Source: Octopus bimaculoides (lineage: Eukaryota). Taken from it: 64,000 bases of DNA. The DNA lies in contig NC_068992.1 in assembly GCF_001194135.2 (NCBI RefSeq), forward strand, positions 4,851,493 through 4,915,492, given 5' to 3'. The notes beneath the pieces are model-generated. The model saw nothing but the letters and a program-made list of their open reading frames with translations. It did not search any database and was not told the DNA's origin. The translations under genes and the position numbers were made by a program. This document shows positions 11,466-26,303 of the stretch, piece by piece (position 1 is the first letter of the stretch; the number at the start of each line of letters is the position of its first letter).

Positions 11466-14400
11466 TAGCATATTGGTATCACGTGATTTAACGTATTAAA
11501 ACTTGTGTAATATCTAAACATAATATATTGTTCTGTGTTATGGAGTAGAATATGGATGTTTTAACAATACTTAAACAGAAATGGTAAGGATCGCCATATC
11601 GTATCCGTTATTTAGATATATGTTGATCGATATACACTTAATTATTCACCATGTAAATAAGTAATGCATGTAAAACATAATTGTATCTCTCGCTCCCTCT
11701 CTCTTTCTTTCTCTCTCTATCTAAATACGAAAATGTGATTTAGATTTATGCGAAAAGCACTTTCTTAATGCAAAGAACCACGACGTATCACAACCTATGT
11801 TAATTTAGTCCAGAGGGTCGGAAGCTTTCGCTTATCTAGATTCCTCGCATTCCAAAAAAACAGGATATGGCTTGTCGGTAGGAAAAGCCAAAGGTATATA
11901 TGAATTCCACATACGATGAGCGTGGTATGATGTTGCATATGATTTGTTAAAAGAATTTAGTATATGCTTATATTGAAGTTTTACTATACAATGAAATTTC
12001 AATTCCTCTTTGAAAATCCCAACTTGTACGATTTATTTCTTTTAAATATGTACTGAACATGTATTGTATTGTGATGTTATGATCAATATTGATGCGTAAA
12101 AGTTAGTTTTGCGTTAATAATGGCATCAGAGTTTTATCTGCCAGAGATTATTTAATAGATAGATTATATTGAAGCCATTGAATATACTTATAATTACATT
12201 GCCTTTTGTATATTTAGTTACAGTTCTAAAATAGATTTATTTCTTGCCTGGAGACCGATATTTAACCGTGATATGTTTATTAGATAAAAATAAATGTCTG
12301 TTTAATAAATTTTATTTATGAATTTATGAGCTAGGACACGTGCACTGTGATACAGTGTTACTCAAGCTCTATTGCTGTTAGATTCTCTTAAATATATTTA
12401 AAATACAAAATGAGCAATTTTTGATAAACATATTATCTCTCTTATTCATTGATCTAGATAAACATATCACCAGTTTGTACTTTGTGATCTGTGATAAATA
12501 AGGCAAGAATATTAAATCCTGTGAATAACAAAATGTTAACTTGTCAATAGGCAATAAATACATTTCTATTTTTCATTGCAAATCGTATTCACGACATATC
12601 TTTATTGCTGAATAGCACTAATATCTAATAGAGTGTATCTTTACTATCTGTTTGTAACTGAAGAGTGCGATCTAACAGATATTTTCCACATTATAGCCTA
12701 ATTTTTATTAATTCAGATAAGGTTTACTGGTTTATTCAGACGTCCCCGCCATAAAATGTGATTGCTAAGAAAAAACAAACAAAAAAAAACATATCTGCCT
12801 TCACCAAAATGACTTTATTGCCATTCACCAGCGCAGATTGAACAAATAAATCTTTCAGATACAACTAAATAACATGATTCTATCGACGTATTAGCAAATT
12901 TCATCTCTATCACCTAATTCCTTTACTCATCTATATTTCCATCCAAAATTAACTTTGATTATTATTCATATAAAGATTCTGAATGCATGTGTTCATGCTT
13001 CTAAAATATTGCACCTAATATCTGTCAGTTTTAAACAATGATCTTGAATTTAATTATGTTCTCCGTTAATACAACGAGATATCAATCCAGTCCTTCCTCC
13101 AATGACTTGATCATTAATAGCTAAGACCCACTTAGTGTAAAAAAACACGGATGCCGATATCATTTATATTGAATGAATGCTGTTCCGGCTTGAAACTCTC
13201 CATACACCGGCCTGATTTTAGATAAAGATTTTATCTCAAAATCTGAAAAATATAAATTTTTGATAGAAAGACTGATATGAAACATTTTTATCATTCACTC
13301 GTTTAGGAAATCCTATCAAATATTGGAGCGGTAGCAAAGACATGGGTTTGGGATGAAATTACCTCATTCTTTGTTCACTTCTTCTGTGTTTGATCCTTTT
13401 GGCTTACGGAGAATCACTACAAGCTAAGGCTTATGACAGGAAGTCGGCTGAAGGAACTGGTTTGGTCAGTCATCGAATGGACAATCTTAGTTCTTAGATG
13501 CCAAAATTGTCCAGAGTCTAATTTAACACTACGCTCACGGTTCCGAGTAGCTTTAACGCGTACTGCTCTGGTAGCCATCGGAGATGAATTCTGGTTTGAC
13601 CATACCAAGTGTATTGGATTATTTATAATCTTTATTCAAGAAGGTCATTGAAAACTGCAATGGATGATACCCTTCCACAACTTACTGAAAAATGGGAAAA
13701 AATATTTTCCCAGATGTTTTGTTTCAATAATGTTTGCATAATATTTAAAGAAAAAATAGGCAAAGGCAATGTCATATTTAGTACTCACGTAGAAACATTG
13801 CGCATCGTGCTTTTCTGCATCTACATATATTAGTGATTCTTAAAATCTACTAAATTTTAAAATGCCATACAATGTCACTCGTTCATCTCACACACATTAA
13901 CTGAAGGAAAACACTGAATGCGTATACCTTAAACGAATGAAAGCACTATCCCCTAATCGTATTCCTATCTCTAACCCACAGTCACGTTTTTACCAACTAA
14001 ATCACTGCGTTGATAAATTGGGATGTATTTCATGATTAACGTTTCTCTGAGTTCAATATTATATACGATATTTAATAATGAAATATATGAGATATTTAAG
14101 ATAATTTTCAGGTTTTCGGAAATTTTCTTCTGTTTCATAAACGATAATTTGTAACTCTGCAAACGTAAACATTGACATCCGATGGAAAAGAAACTAAAAC
14201 AATCCCAGAACATGCAGAAAATACACCATTCGTCACAACAATCCGCATTCCAGTTCCCCTGTGCCAAATATTTGCCTCCTCGACTCACAAATTGTATTTT
14301 CCTTAAATTAGGTCTACCCTGTATATGTCGGAACATCTTAGCTACTTCTCAATCTCTGGAAGATATAGAAGACGACGCTCTATAAATAAATCTAACTTGG

Positions 14401-14884
14401 TTGCTTGTTTGAAAGAATGAACTACTAATGTATCATTTAAAACTAAGTACTTATTAGTTTACGATTAAATACTCATTATACACCAAATATTTTAATGTAA
14501 TTTATATTTCTCACAGGAAATGAGAAAACTTTTAATGCATTAATGTAATTTGCAATTTGTTTCCCACATTGATTTCAGAAAATATGAATTTGCCATAAAA
14601 TGTGATTATTATAACAGTATGCTTGAAATACAAGTGTGGCTGAAGTTCAGAAAATAAACACAACTTTGTACGCGTTTATTAAAAATGAATCTAATATACA
14701 TTTAACATTACAGGATATTATGCGCATTGTACTAATTATTAGAGTTCCGTAGATTGCTTTCAGATCTCAGTATAAATTTATTTAAGCATGTTGAAGTAGC
14801 GTGAATATGCATACGATGTCAATGATCTGATCATGCATTCTGGCTGAATAGCACTCACCCGCAAGTTGTTTCTCTTAAATATTT

Positions 14885-15110
14885 ACGAGACGTATTGGTT
14901 TCAAATTTTGGCTCAAGGCCAACCATTTTGAAGGGGCGTTACTCGATTATATCGACCTAAGTGTTCAATTGGCACTTATTTTATCGACCCAGGATAGATG
15001 AAATGCAAAGTGAAATTCGGAAGAATTTTAAATGAGAATGTAAAGACGGGAAAACTGGCACGAAGCCTTTTGTTCCGCATTTTACCTTATTTAACCACCT
15101 CACAGCCTTA
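14885..15110 (-). mobile_element. Degenerate SINE copy (same family as 8331-8537)
   Basis: Plus strand ggcacttattttatcgacccaggatagatgaaatgcaaagt and the tail tcaaattttggctcaaggccaaccattttgaagggg. Confidence 0.7.
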
Positions 15111-16606
15111 CAATGTAAAAAATAAAAGGAAATTAAAAGAAGGGTTAATATAAACAATTTATAGTGTAGCACTTTTGCACTTCAAGGAGCTGGTGCATCA
15201 ATATGCTTTTCTTTATGCATATCTTTTAAACCGTAAAACTCTTCCTATGCAATATATGTTGCTTAAATTTTATTTCATACAGGTAGTTGACTGCAGATAA
15301 AAAAAAAATTGAAACAGGACATTGATGCATCACTTACGATGTAGATAGACATTCATTTGTTCCTACACACAACTATTCACACACGTTTATTATTAGTCTA
15401 CGTTGTTACAGGTTTTAGTCATTAGATCACATTGTACACATTGAACCAGATAAATTGCGCGTACTAACTATTGTCCTTTCTTTTATCATACGATGAGATG
15501 AAGTCAGTAAAAGATAAATGCTTCTGACATCAGAAAGACATTTCGATATTACGAATGAGTATATATGCAAAAAAACATTAACAAATAAAACAAAAGACTA
15601 TCATAGTAACATTATTTTCCTGCAGTGAATTCAATTCGGGGAGGTGTTACTGATAATTAAATACACCTACGTATTTGAAGATAATCATATTGTAATGACC
15701 AACTCCAACCGGACGTGTCTAAAACATTGTGATTAAAAGCGCTATCATAAAAACAGAGAAAGTCTTGCCATTGTTTTAGCAGCCGTATGTATAGAAGATG
15801 TTTATGAGACCATAGCAATTTCTGACGAGACGCATTGAAGTTGTCTGCGAAGGTTTAAACCACAATTTTCTTATCGTATTTCATTTTCTGTGCATATGTT
15901 AATTACATAAAATTGAACATTACCATTGTTTATGATTATGCACTCTTTACCTAATAAAATTATACTAGGCAATCTCATAGAAACAATAGCACCCACACAC
16001 ATGTATACATATACCAAACCTGTAGATCTCGGAAGACTAAAGATCAAAGGAACTCAACACTAGACGTTAGTACATATTTTATAGTTTTAAGAATGTTCTA
16101 TCTCTGTTTTGTAAATTAAATACACTTTATTAAAATTAATTTTATCAGCCTTTATAGCTGATGCACCTCCTACATATTCATAACTTCAGAGAAATTGTTT
16201 ACTATTAAACACTTTTATGTGAAAAGAAATGGCCGATTTTGTAATCTACAACGAACACATTGTTTTTATATGATACAAATTCAATGTATAAACATTGTAA
16301 ATTTTTTGAAACAATAACTTCGATAGGGTGATCATAGAAGTAAGACAATTTTCGGATGAGAGGCATAACCAAAAGCTATTCGGAACAAACAGTACAGCAA
16401 TTACAGGAAAATGTGACGTTTCGCATGTCCAGCCATAGTAAGGTGGTATATATTTTATTTTATCGATTTATTTTTTGTTCGCATTTCCACTTGTTTCTGT
16501 TATTAGACTGCGGCTATGTTGGGACGCCATCTTGAAGAATTTTAATCGAATGAATCGACCTAAATATTTCTTCCTTCTATGAAGAGAAACATTTGAATGT
16601 AGGTAT

Positions 16607-16680
16607 ACTACTACAACAACAACAACAACTGCTACTACTACTACTACTACTACTACTACCTTTACAGCTGCTGCTACTAC
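16607..16680 (+). repeat. Compound (CAA)n/(CTA)n trinucleotide repeat
   Basis: Direct reading. Confidence 0.9.
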
Positions 16681-17024
16681 AAGTTTGCCTCTTTCATTCA
16701 ATCGTCTGTGTTATGTTTTAGAGCTAACCGAATGTCAGAGATTATTGAAAAGACGCCGTTGTTTGCATAGGAAAGCACATTCTCCTTAGCAATGTTGGTT
16801 AAGTATATGGAAAAAGAGAGTGAAAGAAAGAATCCAGAGATATATTTATAAAAGACTGATATTTGTTTGGAATTTGTTTATATTAGAGTTAGAGTACATA
16901 TAGTTCTTAAGCTGGTGACTAATGATTATGTGAAATTAATTGCACATTTTCTTAAGCATAAGTTTAGTATCTTGTATTCACGATGTTATGTGTTTATAAT
17001 TGTGTGTACTTATCTAGAGAGGAG

Positions 17025-17155
17025 GCTGTTTGCTTTACAGCCTCATGGCTCCATGTTCATGGGTGCAGTCCCTTTGCATTGAATCTGTAACAGAGCCCCG
17101 AGGCGATGAAGAGCATCTTAGCAGATTTACTGGTCGAGCGTTGAAAGAAAAGCGT
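17025..17155 (+). mobile_element. Highly degenerate SINE copy
   Basis: tgtttgctttacagcctcatggctccatgttcatgggtgcagtccc...gagccccgaggcgatgaagagc...ttgaaagaaaagcg, colinear with the 50869 copy. Confidence 0.4.
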
Positions 17156-17281
17156 TATAGGTGTGAAAGTACTCTGCTGTTTATAAATTCTAAGGTCTTT
17201 CTTCGGGGAAGGATCTGGTTTCTAACAAAGATATTCAGCTCAATCGCTTACATTTTTGTTATATATATATATACAGAGAGA

Positions 17282-17313
<32 letters not shown>

Positions 17314-17799
17314 AGATGGAGATAGAGAGAAGGAGAGTGAGAGAGAGTGGAGAGAGAATTACTGAGTATGTGAGTGAGAGCAAAATTGGCTCAGTATAGA
17401 TAATACAGAGTAGTGCTCAAACGAATGTGAACTTTAAATTCGGGCCCACGACATAGTATTGGCTATAAGAGCAATACACATCGTGCTATTATGATGGTGA
17501 TAATGTATATAAATACATTTAGCCTTCAGAATTATATGCACAAGGTATGCAAAATATAAATTATATAGGTATATATTTTTCTGTTTATTTTCACGATCTG
17601 TATTTTGTGTGCAGAAGCCTCCTAACTGCGTTAATCTACCTTACTATGTGTATCTCACTTTCCATTTATCTTTATATAAGTGTGTATGTGTGCGTGCGCA
17701 TGTGTGTGCATCTGAGTCTTTGTGATTATGTACGTCTCTATCACAACTGTGCAACTCTCTAAACAACTCTGTTATTTTGAGCACTTTAAACACTACATT

Positions 17800-17918
17800 A
17801 ATTGGTTTGAGAGACCGAATGAGTATATGTACTGGGGTCGATTCGCCCGAAGAAAACACTTCAAGGCTGTGCCCTGTAATGGCCGCAGTCCAATGACTGA
17901 AACAAGTAAAAGACAAAA
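17800..17918 (+). mobile_element. SINE 3' half
   Basis: gtactggggtcgattcgcccgaagaaaacacttcaaggctgtgccctgtaatggccgcagtccaatgactgaaacaagtaaaagacaaaa. The same tail occurs at 11100-11195, 16470-16575 (minus), 30940-31005 and 51200-51295. Confidence 0.75.
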
Positions 17919-20900
17919 TATATGTTGTGTGTTGTGGTGTTTTAAAGCATGATTATAGGCCTCAGTACAAGTATACTACATTTATATAGGAATGTTTGTG
18001 ATCAGTCATGTCCGAATATTTTCTTCTCTTTTCTTGTAAGACTGAAAGTTATCAATAATCAGTTCCCGTTGTTAAGTATGTAATGGTGAGAAATAATAGA
18101 CCGGACACACTAGAGTATTATCATAAGTTCAGTAATACAATTAAATTTAAAGAGGAAATTCTATTTGAATAAAATTGAATTATTATTCATTACTAGAGAA
18201 CAAGTATTTGACTCATTTAATAAAAAAAAATTCTATATTCATCGATATTCTAATGTGCAATAAATTCTTTCAGTGAGATACTTTTTGATAGGAGAGTACG
18301 ATGACATGCTAAGTATTAAGCAGAATTAATATAATTCTTTACGTTAAACATAACTGATTTCAACCATTAATTGTCTTCCGAGTAATTATAGTAAATAACA
18401 GGAAGCCAAAAGAGAAATAGCATTTCTGCAAAAAAACTTTGAAACGTGTGAACTACATTCTCTCAAATTCTATTTTCCAAATTTTGTTATGGAAATATTC
18501 CTTTTATATTCTAGAAATTACTGAGCCATTTAGAATAATTGTTGTTTCTACAATCTTAATATACTGACAATACAAAATTTATAAACCATGTCGGTTTTAT
18601 TTTCCGATCAAGAAAATGAGCTATAAAGTTTCGGAATAATAAGATTACCGGGGCTATGCAGCTTGGAAAAATATGTGTATCAGGTTATGAAACAAGATGT
18701 GTATTCAAAAAATGCAAACAATACATACATACAAGCATATACATATATACACACACATATATATACACATAAGTATGTATACATAACAGACACACACACG
18801 TCTATATGTATATATATATATTACTAACGCTGTCATATTCAATAGTGGTGCCTGAACAGGTCTAAAGGCATGATTCTCTAATGTCTCTTTCAACTGTCTT
18901 TATAACTACGTCGTAATCTTCACAGTATAATGCTCCTCTAGGGGAGTATTAGCGATAAATTTTGAATAACTTCAAACATAGTGTGGAATACATTAATAAA
19001 ATTTCTAAACAAGGAGGTGATCGGGCTTTCATCTTCATAATAAATATAACATTTCCCACCTCAACATGTCATGTAATTAATTGCATATTAATTTGCCCAA
19101 TGGCTCTCGCTGCTAGTCGTAATATATTAAATGAAAGGAAACATTAACAACTGTGCACAATCGGTAAGAAAGAAGGAATAAAGCAAGGTATAAGAATAAG
19201 TTAATATTAGCCAACGAGCGAATGAAATTAAAGCGGTATACAATAATAAACGTAACTATAAAACATGTTTAAAATTAACAGTGATGGTAATTAAATAGGG
19301 GACATATTCGTCATGAACGAATTAAGCACAACTCAGTGATAATTGCTGTAATAATTAGCTCATTATAGAACGTTATTTATATTAATTAGGTAATTCGTTC
19401 GGAGATAAAATAGATACATGTATTACTAGCAATAATGGTTACTGTAGAACTCTGTTTTATAATTACTCGGGATTAAGAAGCGAGATCAACAACACCGTTT
19501 GTAATTGAGAGAATTTCTACAATGAAATGTTCTTGGGTTTATATGATGCGTATATCAAGAAAACTATCGGAAATATTTAACTATGATATAAATATATCAA
19601 TTATAGACGCCATAGAAAACTATACTATAACACTGTTACAACAGTATTTCCTTATATATCCAGTTGGATATTCATATCCAGTCTGTATTAATATTACAGA
19701 TTACATCAATTTTTACACTCCATATTAATTTTCTAAAATTAATAATTATAATAATTCTTGACAAGTAATCCATTTGCTTCTGAAAAGCATGGCTTTATCC
19801 AAGAATTGCTTTAGGCAAATCTACGTCTAACATTTGCCAATATGTTAATTTATGCATTATTAATTGCTACAGTTCTTTCTGTCACATTTAATCAATAACT
19901 CGTGTTCGGTTCCATATGATAATTGCTTCATAAACCATTACTGTGGTTGTTTTACGCATCGTTGGTTCTACTGGTTATCTCACACAATATAATGCATATT
20001 TTATCATTCCATTGTTTGATGCAGACTTCGACTTCCATATCCCCATAAGCTACCTTTTGTTTTTCTTTTAAAATATTAAAAATGCGTTGCAGAACTAAGA
20101 ACGAAAATATCAAATATAATTTATGCATATTTTATTGCTTTACAATATGTATGATATGCATACAATTCTGAATACTACGATCCGGGAGGTATCGTTTACA
20201 ACCAATCTGTATCAAGTAAAATATATGAATTAATTTATCAGCTTCTGTTAATGAAGGATAGGTTTTGAAGGTTATCTAAACATCAGAAGGGCACGGCAAA
20301 GCACACACACATGAAAACGCATTCCTATGCATACAATCACAAACAAATGTACATGCGCACGCAGATTCACATACTCACATATTAAAACTGATGTAAAGTG
20401 ATTGTGGACAAACTTTAAATATATTTCCATATGTACATTTTAACAAAATGACATTTAGCCTCAGATTATAAACATATTTTTTTCTTTAGCTTCCGTTTTA
20501 TTCCTAGACGCAGTGAACATTCATACTGCTTGTCTTCATGCTTTCAGTTGCCTTCAATAAGCGAGACGCTAGTCCCATTGTTGTTCTGCCTTTGCGTTCT
20601 AAGAGTGGCAGTAGATGAACACTAGTGTATGCTAAACTGATTTTAGGTTTAAAGAAATCCAGGGATAAAACAACGCCAAAATCACCCTATCGGTCAGGAT
20701 TTTGCAGTGGAAACGTCTGCACAGAAATAATTTCGGCATCTATTCGGCATTTCTACACGCCCTGTTTTACAACTGCTAACATGACCTTGTATAGAAGAGT
20801 GAAATATTCATTCACCTAGCTTTTTGCCATTTCATCAAGAATTCTCTTATAAAAAGGCAGGACATAAATTACAGTTGCTTAATCTATACTATGGATAACC

Positions 20901-21111
20901 AGAACTGATTCCACTTGTTTCGATATCACTATATTCACTGATATAACTAGACGACTGGCAGCCTGAGTTTGGATAATTTTATGATATGCTTAATCATGGA
21001 AAGAATCCTGGATATAGATAAATGATAATTAGCAAAAGGAGCGAACGGAAAATGAAGCATATAGCCTGTATGAGAGAGAAAGCAGATCATATCTCCATCA
21101 AACACTACTGC

Positions 21112-21255
21112 AGCCGTGAATGTGTGATAAGAGGCTCACTTCCCAAATATAAGCCTCGGGTTTAGTCCCACGGGGTGGCATCTTCGGCAAATGCTTTCTC
21201 CTATAGCTTAATACTGACCAATGCCTTGTGAGTGAATTTGTTTCAGTAAACTGTA
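21112..21255 (+). mobile_element. Short tRNA-derived SINE (second family)
   Basis: gtgtgataagaggctcacttcccaa...gggtttagtcccacggggtggcatcttcggcaaatgctttctcctatagc...gaccaatgccttgtgagtgaatttg, followed by an (AT)n tail. Confidence 0.7.
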
Positions 21256-21271
21256 ATATATGTAATATATG

Positions 21272-21351
<80 letters not shown>

Positions 21352-21874
21352 GGAAGATGACAGGTAGCAATGTATATATCTCTTTATATATATACATGCA
21401 TATATACGTATAGAGAGAAAGACTAGGGTCGATACATTTCACGAAAAATTCTTCTGCAAGCGCCCCTGCATGACTGTACTCTAATGATTAAAACAAGTAA
21501 AAGCGAAAATATAAAGACAACACCCAATACTTTTACTGAATTGTATAGCTGCATGTTCGTACCATTTTAAACACATTACATAAACCCGAAAGAACAGTCG
21601 ACATTTGGCAAATCTTATCTTGCCGCTTCTTAACTTCAGTATTAAACGTATAAATGTTCTTTCCGAGTTCAGAGTTATAAGTAGAGACACATAATGTAAT
21701 GTAACATTTGTATTATGCAGGAATTTTCCTTCATCTGATGTTTATAAATTCTATTTTACAACTCACCACGTTATAATTAGGTTTGTATGTTGATGCTATA
21801 TAAATACTTATGCAAAACCCACAGTCACACACACATATTCATATATATTTTAATTGATATACATATAAGAATAG

Positions 21875-21932
<58 letters not shown>

Positions 21933-23746
21933 AGAGAGGAAGAGACAGATGCATGTATGTATATACGGTAGATTTTGCAACGCGAATGTTAGCAAGGTTA
22001 ATGAAGCTTGTGAGACGTATTGATCTGGCGATATTTTTTTAATCGCTCGTTTACATTTCAGGTGCCATGGCTTAAAAACAACTTTTCTTTCTATGCATCG
22101 AGGCGTTTATAACGCACCGTGTGTTACATACGTATCTTCGGGAATATCTATATGCTTATATGCTAGTATATTATTTTCTATTAATATTGAATTCAATTTT
22201 GTACATGATGCTTGGAGTTTATTGCTGTATATTAATATATACATTTGTCTCTAGGAAAGCATTTCCGTTTTAAATATGTATTAACAAATTCTTTTCAACG
22301 GAAATCTAATATAATGCTCAAAATATACCGATTGAATTCATTCCCTAATGAATATTTGAAAGAAAGCCCGTACGTTCCTGCGGATAAGTATAGACATATA
22401 TCTGCTTCATATATGTATACAGGTTAGTGTTATTTTATATACACATACACACACGCAAACACACATAAGTTTATACATGTATTTGTACTTGAATACATAC
22501 ATATAGGACACTATTCTCCTTTTTTCCGTTACTTCTCAACTTACTTAAAAATATATAATAATATACACGTCAAGGTTCATTGGTAAACGATTTAATCTGC
22601 AACAGTTACATTTGACGCCTATCCATTTCCGTTTTGACAATGAAATTATTAAATTCAATTCCAGTATCTGGACAGATCCCACATTCCAAAAATATTATTA
22701 CAAATATTATTTAATATATTGCTAAAATATTAGAAATTATTTCTTAAAGACTTTACCTGTTGCATTCATTTCTATTAAATGATTTGGCTACAAGGAGCCT
22801 TTTGTCTCTTTCGTGACTAAGGTTAAAAAAGCACAAGACCAGTTCAAATATATATGCTTGCAAGAGATGTGAACCCGGAACATATATTTCACTGCAGTTT
22901 GTCATTGAGAAGTCATGCTCGCTTAATTGGAAAAGGGCACAGTCCACGTAATATATGTATAATTCAGTATATATATATATANNNNNNNNNNATATATATA
23001 TACGTGCACATATGCCTGTATATAAGAGAAAGACGGGACGGGAGAAACTTACAAATGTAAATGCATGCACGCACACAAGTGCTCTCACACATATGCACAC
23101 ACACACAAATATATACACTTAAACAACTGATAAGCGTTGTTGTTGTCACACCTATTTTCATATTAAATTGTCATGGAGAAATATATTATCCTACAGAGCA
23201 TTTAGCTTCAGAATATATTCCAAGAAATAACAAGATACCCTTATATTCACATTATATTAGTGACATTGAAGGAAAGCAAATGACAGCCTTTTTATGTATA
23301 GAAATCTAAATGAAATTTGGAACTTATTGGCATTTCTTTAATATTCTAGTTCGGTGACGCGTAACGTCGTCTAGGCCAACCAACAATCCATAGCAATTTC
23401 AGCATTCCATGAATTCTACCGTGGATGACGAGGAAAACTGTACAGCGGAAATTTGTATAGCGTTTCTTCGAAAATTTGAGTATCAATCTTCTAAGTATGA
23501 TTAAATCAGAAATGACATCTACGGGAATGACATCGAATATTAAAGATGAGATAAATAAATACAACTAATGAGAATCAACCGTTTGAGTTTTTTAACAAAC
23601 ATATACAAAAACACGATCGACTAGTTAGTTCGTTTGATATGTAAGAGGTTGACTAAAAATACAGAAATGGTATTGAACCAGTACGTGTGTTTATAATTAT
23701 TGTCGTAATGACTCTTGCGAGACAAGATATAATGTTTGTGTTTTAG

Positions 23747-23865
23747 ATATAATTTCTATGGTACCAGAGAGAAAATATACCAGAAGTATATCCGTTGACA
23801 TATATCCATATGAAAGCGAGGTTTCCGATGTTGAAAGCAAGGCAGGCCGCATCACAATGTCCAAA
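23747..23865 (+). CDS. Candidate coding exon of an unknown small protein
   Basis: tgtttgtgttttag|...|gtaata, 119 nt, open frame IISMVPERKYTRSISVDIYPYESEVSDVESKAGRITMSK (ATG at 23758). GC is above the flanks. Confidence 0.4.
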
Positions 23866-23937
23866 GTAATATATAAATTGTGAGAATTTACAAAAAAAAA
23901 AAAGAAGAAAACGACGAAGACAGGTGTGTAAACAACG

Positions 23938-23990
23938 AACAGATGTGTTAGTTTAACTCTCGGGAAGTGAGAAAGTCTTTTACGTTTCGA
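23938..23990 (-). mobile_element. Short fragment of the same PLE-like terminal repeat
   Basis: cagatgtgttagtttaactctcgggaagtgagaaagtcttttacgtttcga aligns to 60510-60560 at roughly 80% identity by eye. Confidence 0.55.
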
Positions 23991-25369
23991 AAATACGCAT
24001 ATATATATGAGTCCATCAGTTTCATACCTTACGTTCACAATATTGTTAATACGATTCATAGATAAAGATGCCTGTTTTTGGTGGATAATACGAAAGATAT
24101 ATGAATTAACACCAGTTAGTCTCTCCAAGTGTATTGGAACACACAGCTGACCGAGCGAAAACTAAATATTTCCTAGAAGGTCAAACAGTTCAAATTTCTT
24201 AGTGCATTCTTACACAAAGAAAATATATTTACACGTTTTGGATGTTAAAATAAAAGTTTCAATAATTTGATTATATTATCTTTAGAAAGTCTGTCTTTTT
24301 ATTTCCCGTGATCATACTCTGTGTACAAGAGAGTGCTTACTCTTAGGTGATAAGCTTTTTATTTTACAAAAAAGTCACCTTATATTGCTTAGATCCATAA
24401 GCATGATTCTATTCCCGTTAAATATTTTAGATGAACAGTAATGTGGTTTTCTCTAATAATGTAGAATTATGCCGTGTGCATCGAAATATACTATAGCGAA
24501 CATGTTGCAAATTACATCCATACAGTATATATACTTAAATAACTTTCCATATCGTATATATATTTTATTGAAGATGTACAATGTATCATAGAGCATTAGA
24601 TATGAGAAAAATGTATATAAAAAACTAAAAACATACAGCATTTCCACGGGAAATGTTATTATGAAAATCCATATTCAAATATAGACCAAAGATATGTATT
24701 TTGTTTACTACCTCAAAAAGTTTAAAAGCGTGAAAGCTTGCTGCTTTTTGAACAATATCTTATAGTGTTTATTCGGAAACAAACCAGTTTTGTATATGAA
24801 TAATAGTTGCTGGTAATTGTAACATAGATTTTCGTATCAAAAGAAAAATAATGCATTTCTCATGTATTGGAATTTGAATTTAAAATAACGTAGGTTTTCC
24901 ATCATTAACCAAAAACTTGTGAAAAAAGGTTCCATTTAATGTAACTTTAGAGAAAAAATCTAACACAAGAAAAATGCTTAGAAATGTTTTTCAGAAAGCT
25001 AATGCATCATATGTCAGGTTGTTTTTACTAAGTCAGGGAATATAAACATCATTTCTTGTACTTTCTCAAATAATTTCTATTTTGATCAAGTGGTAAGTAG
25101 CGTTGTGTGAGATGTAGACGATGGGACGAAACCAACCACGTGCTTTTGTGAATACCTATACAATACGTAATGCAACAGCACATAATTGATAGGCAAATAT
25201 ATTTTCCTATACAAACGAATATACATAACACGCAGCATCTTCTTTCCATTCTTTTAGCTCTCATTCACAGAACCTCTCACACGGATAAACAGATATATAT
25301 ACACCTGTGTATATATGTATATATGTTATTGTATATATCCATACATGCATATATAAATATATTCGCACA

Positions 25370-25411
<42 letters not shown>

Positions 25412-25939
25412 TATTTAAATGTATATATATATGTATCTATGTGAGTGTGTGGGCGTTTGCATATGTGGAAAGTAGATTTGCGTGTGAAGAAATGTGTTGT
25501 TCGTGTCTTCTTATACAACAAAAATATAAACACAGAAACAACATATTCCTCCACAAAAATTTCTCTCTCACAAACGGTTGACTACCAAATCAGTTTTTAT
25601 TCTTCACTTTATTCTTTCACTTTCTTTGAAAGGACGCAATTTCAGTGGGTTTCCTAGAAAGCGACAAGAAATTTCTAAGTACAAAAGGAAAGTAAATTTG
25701 AACAAAAAGGAAAATACTTTATTTTGCACCAGTTTCCATTACTCCACTAACGCATATTGTAAAAATGGAAATAAATGAAATGTTATGTTTCTGAAATGGG
25801 ATTATATCGCGACAAAATATTTTCTGTCACATAACATAATTATATAACCACAAAAGGAAATTTATATATATCAGGGAATATCGCCGCTTACGAAATAAAT
25901 AAATACATAAATAAAAAGGTATGTAAATTATATATTATC

Positions 25940-26303
25940 GTGGCACTCCGTCCGATACGACGACGAGGGTTCCAATTGATCTGATCAACAGAACAGCCTG
26001 CTCGTGGAATTAACGTGCAAGTGGCTGAGCACTCCACAGACACGTGTACCCTTAATGTAGTTCTCGGGGAGATTCAACGTGACACACAGTGTGACGAGGC
26101 TGGCTCTTTGAAGAGAACAGAAAGGAAAGAAAGCTGTGCAAAAAGAGTAGAGCAGGGTTCGCCACAACCTCCTGCCGGAGCCTCGTGGAGCTTTAGTTGT
26201 TTTCGCTCAATAAACACTCACAACACTCGGTCTGAGAGTCGAAACTGTGATCCTACGACCGTAAGCCCGCTTCCCTAACCACTGGGCTATTGCGCTTCCA
26301 CAC
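25940..26303 (-). mobile_element. Near full-length tRNA-derived SINE (octopus-type)
   Basis: The minus-strand head GTGGAAGCGCAATAGCCCAGTGGTTAGG...CAGTTTCGACTC carries a pol III A box (TAGCCCAGTGG) and a B-box-like motif. It has a GC-rich body and a 3' end GACGGAGTGCCAC. It is the best-preserved SINE in the window. Confidence 0.9.
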
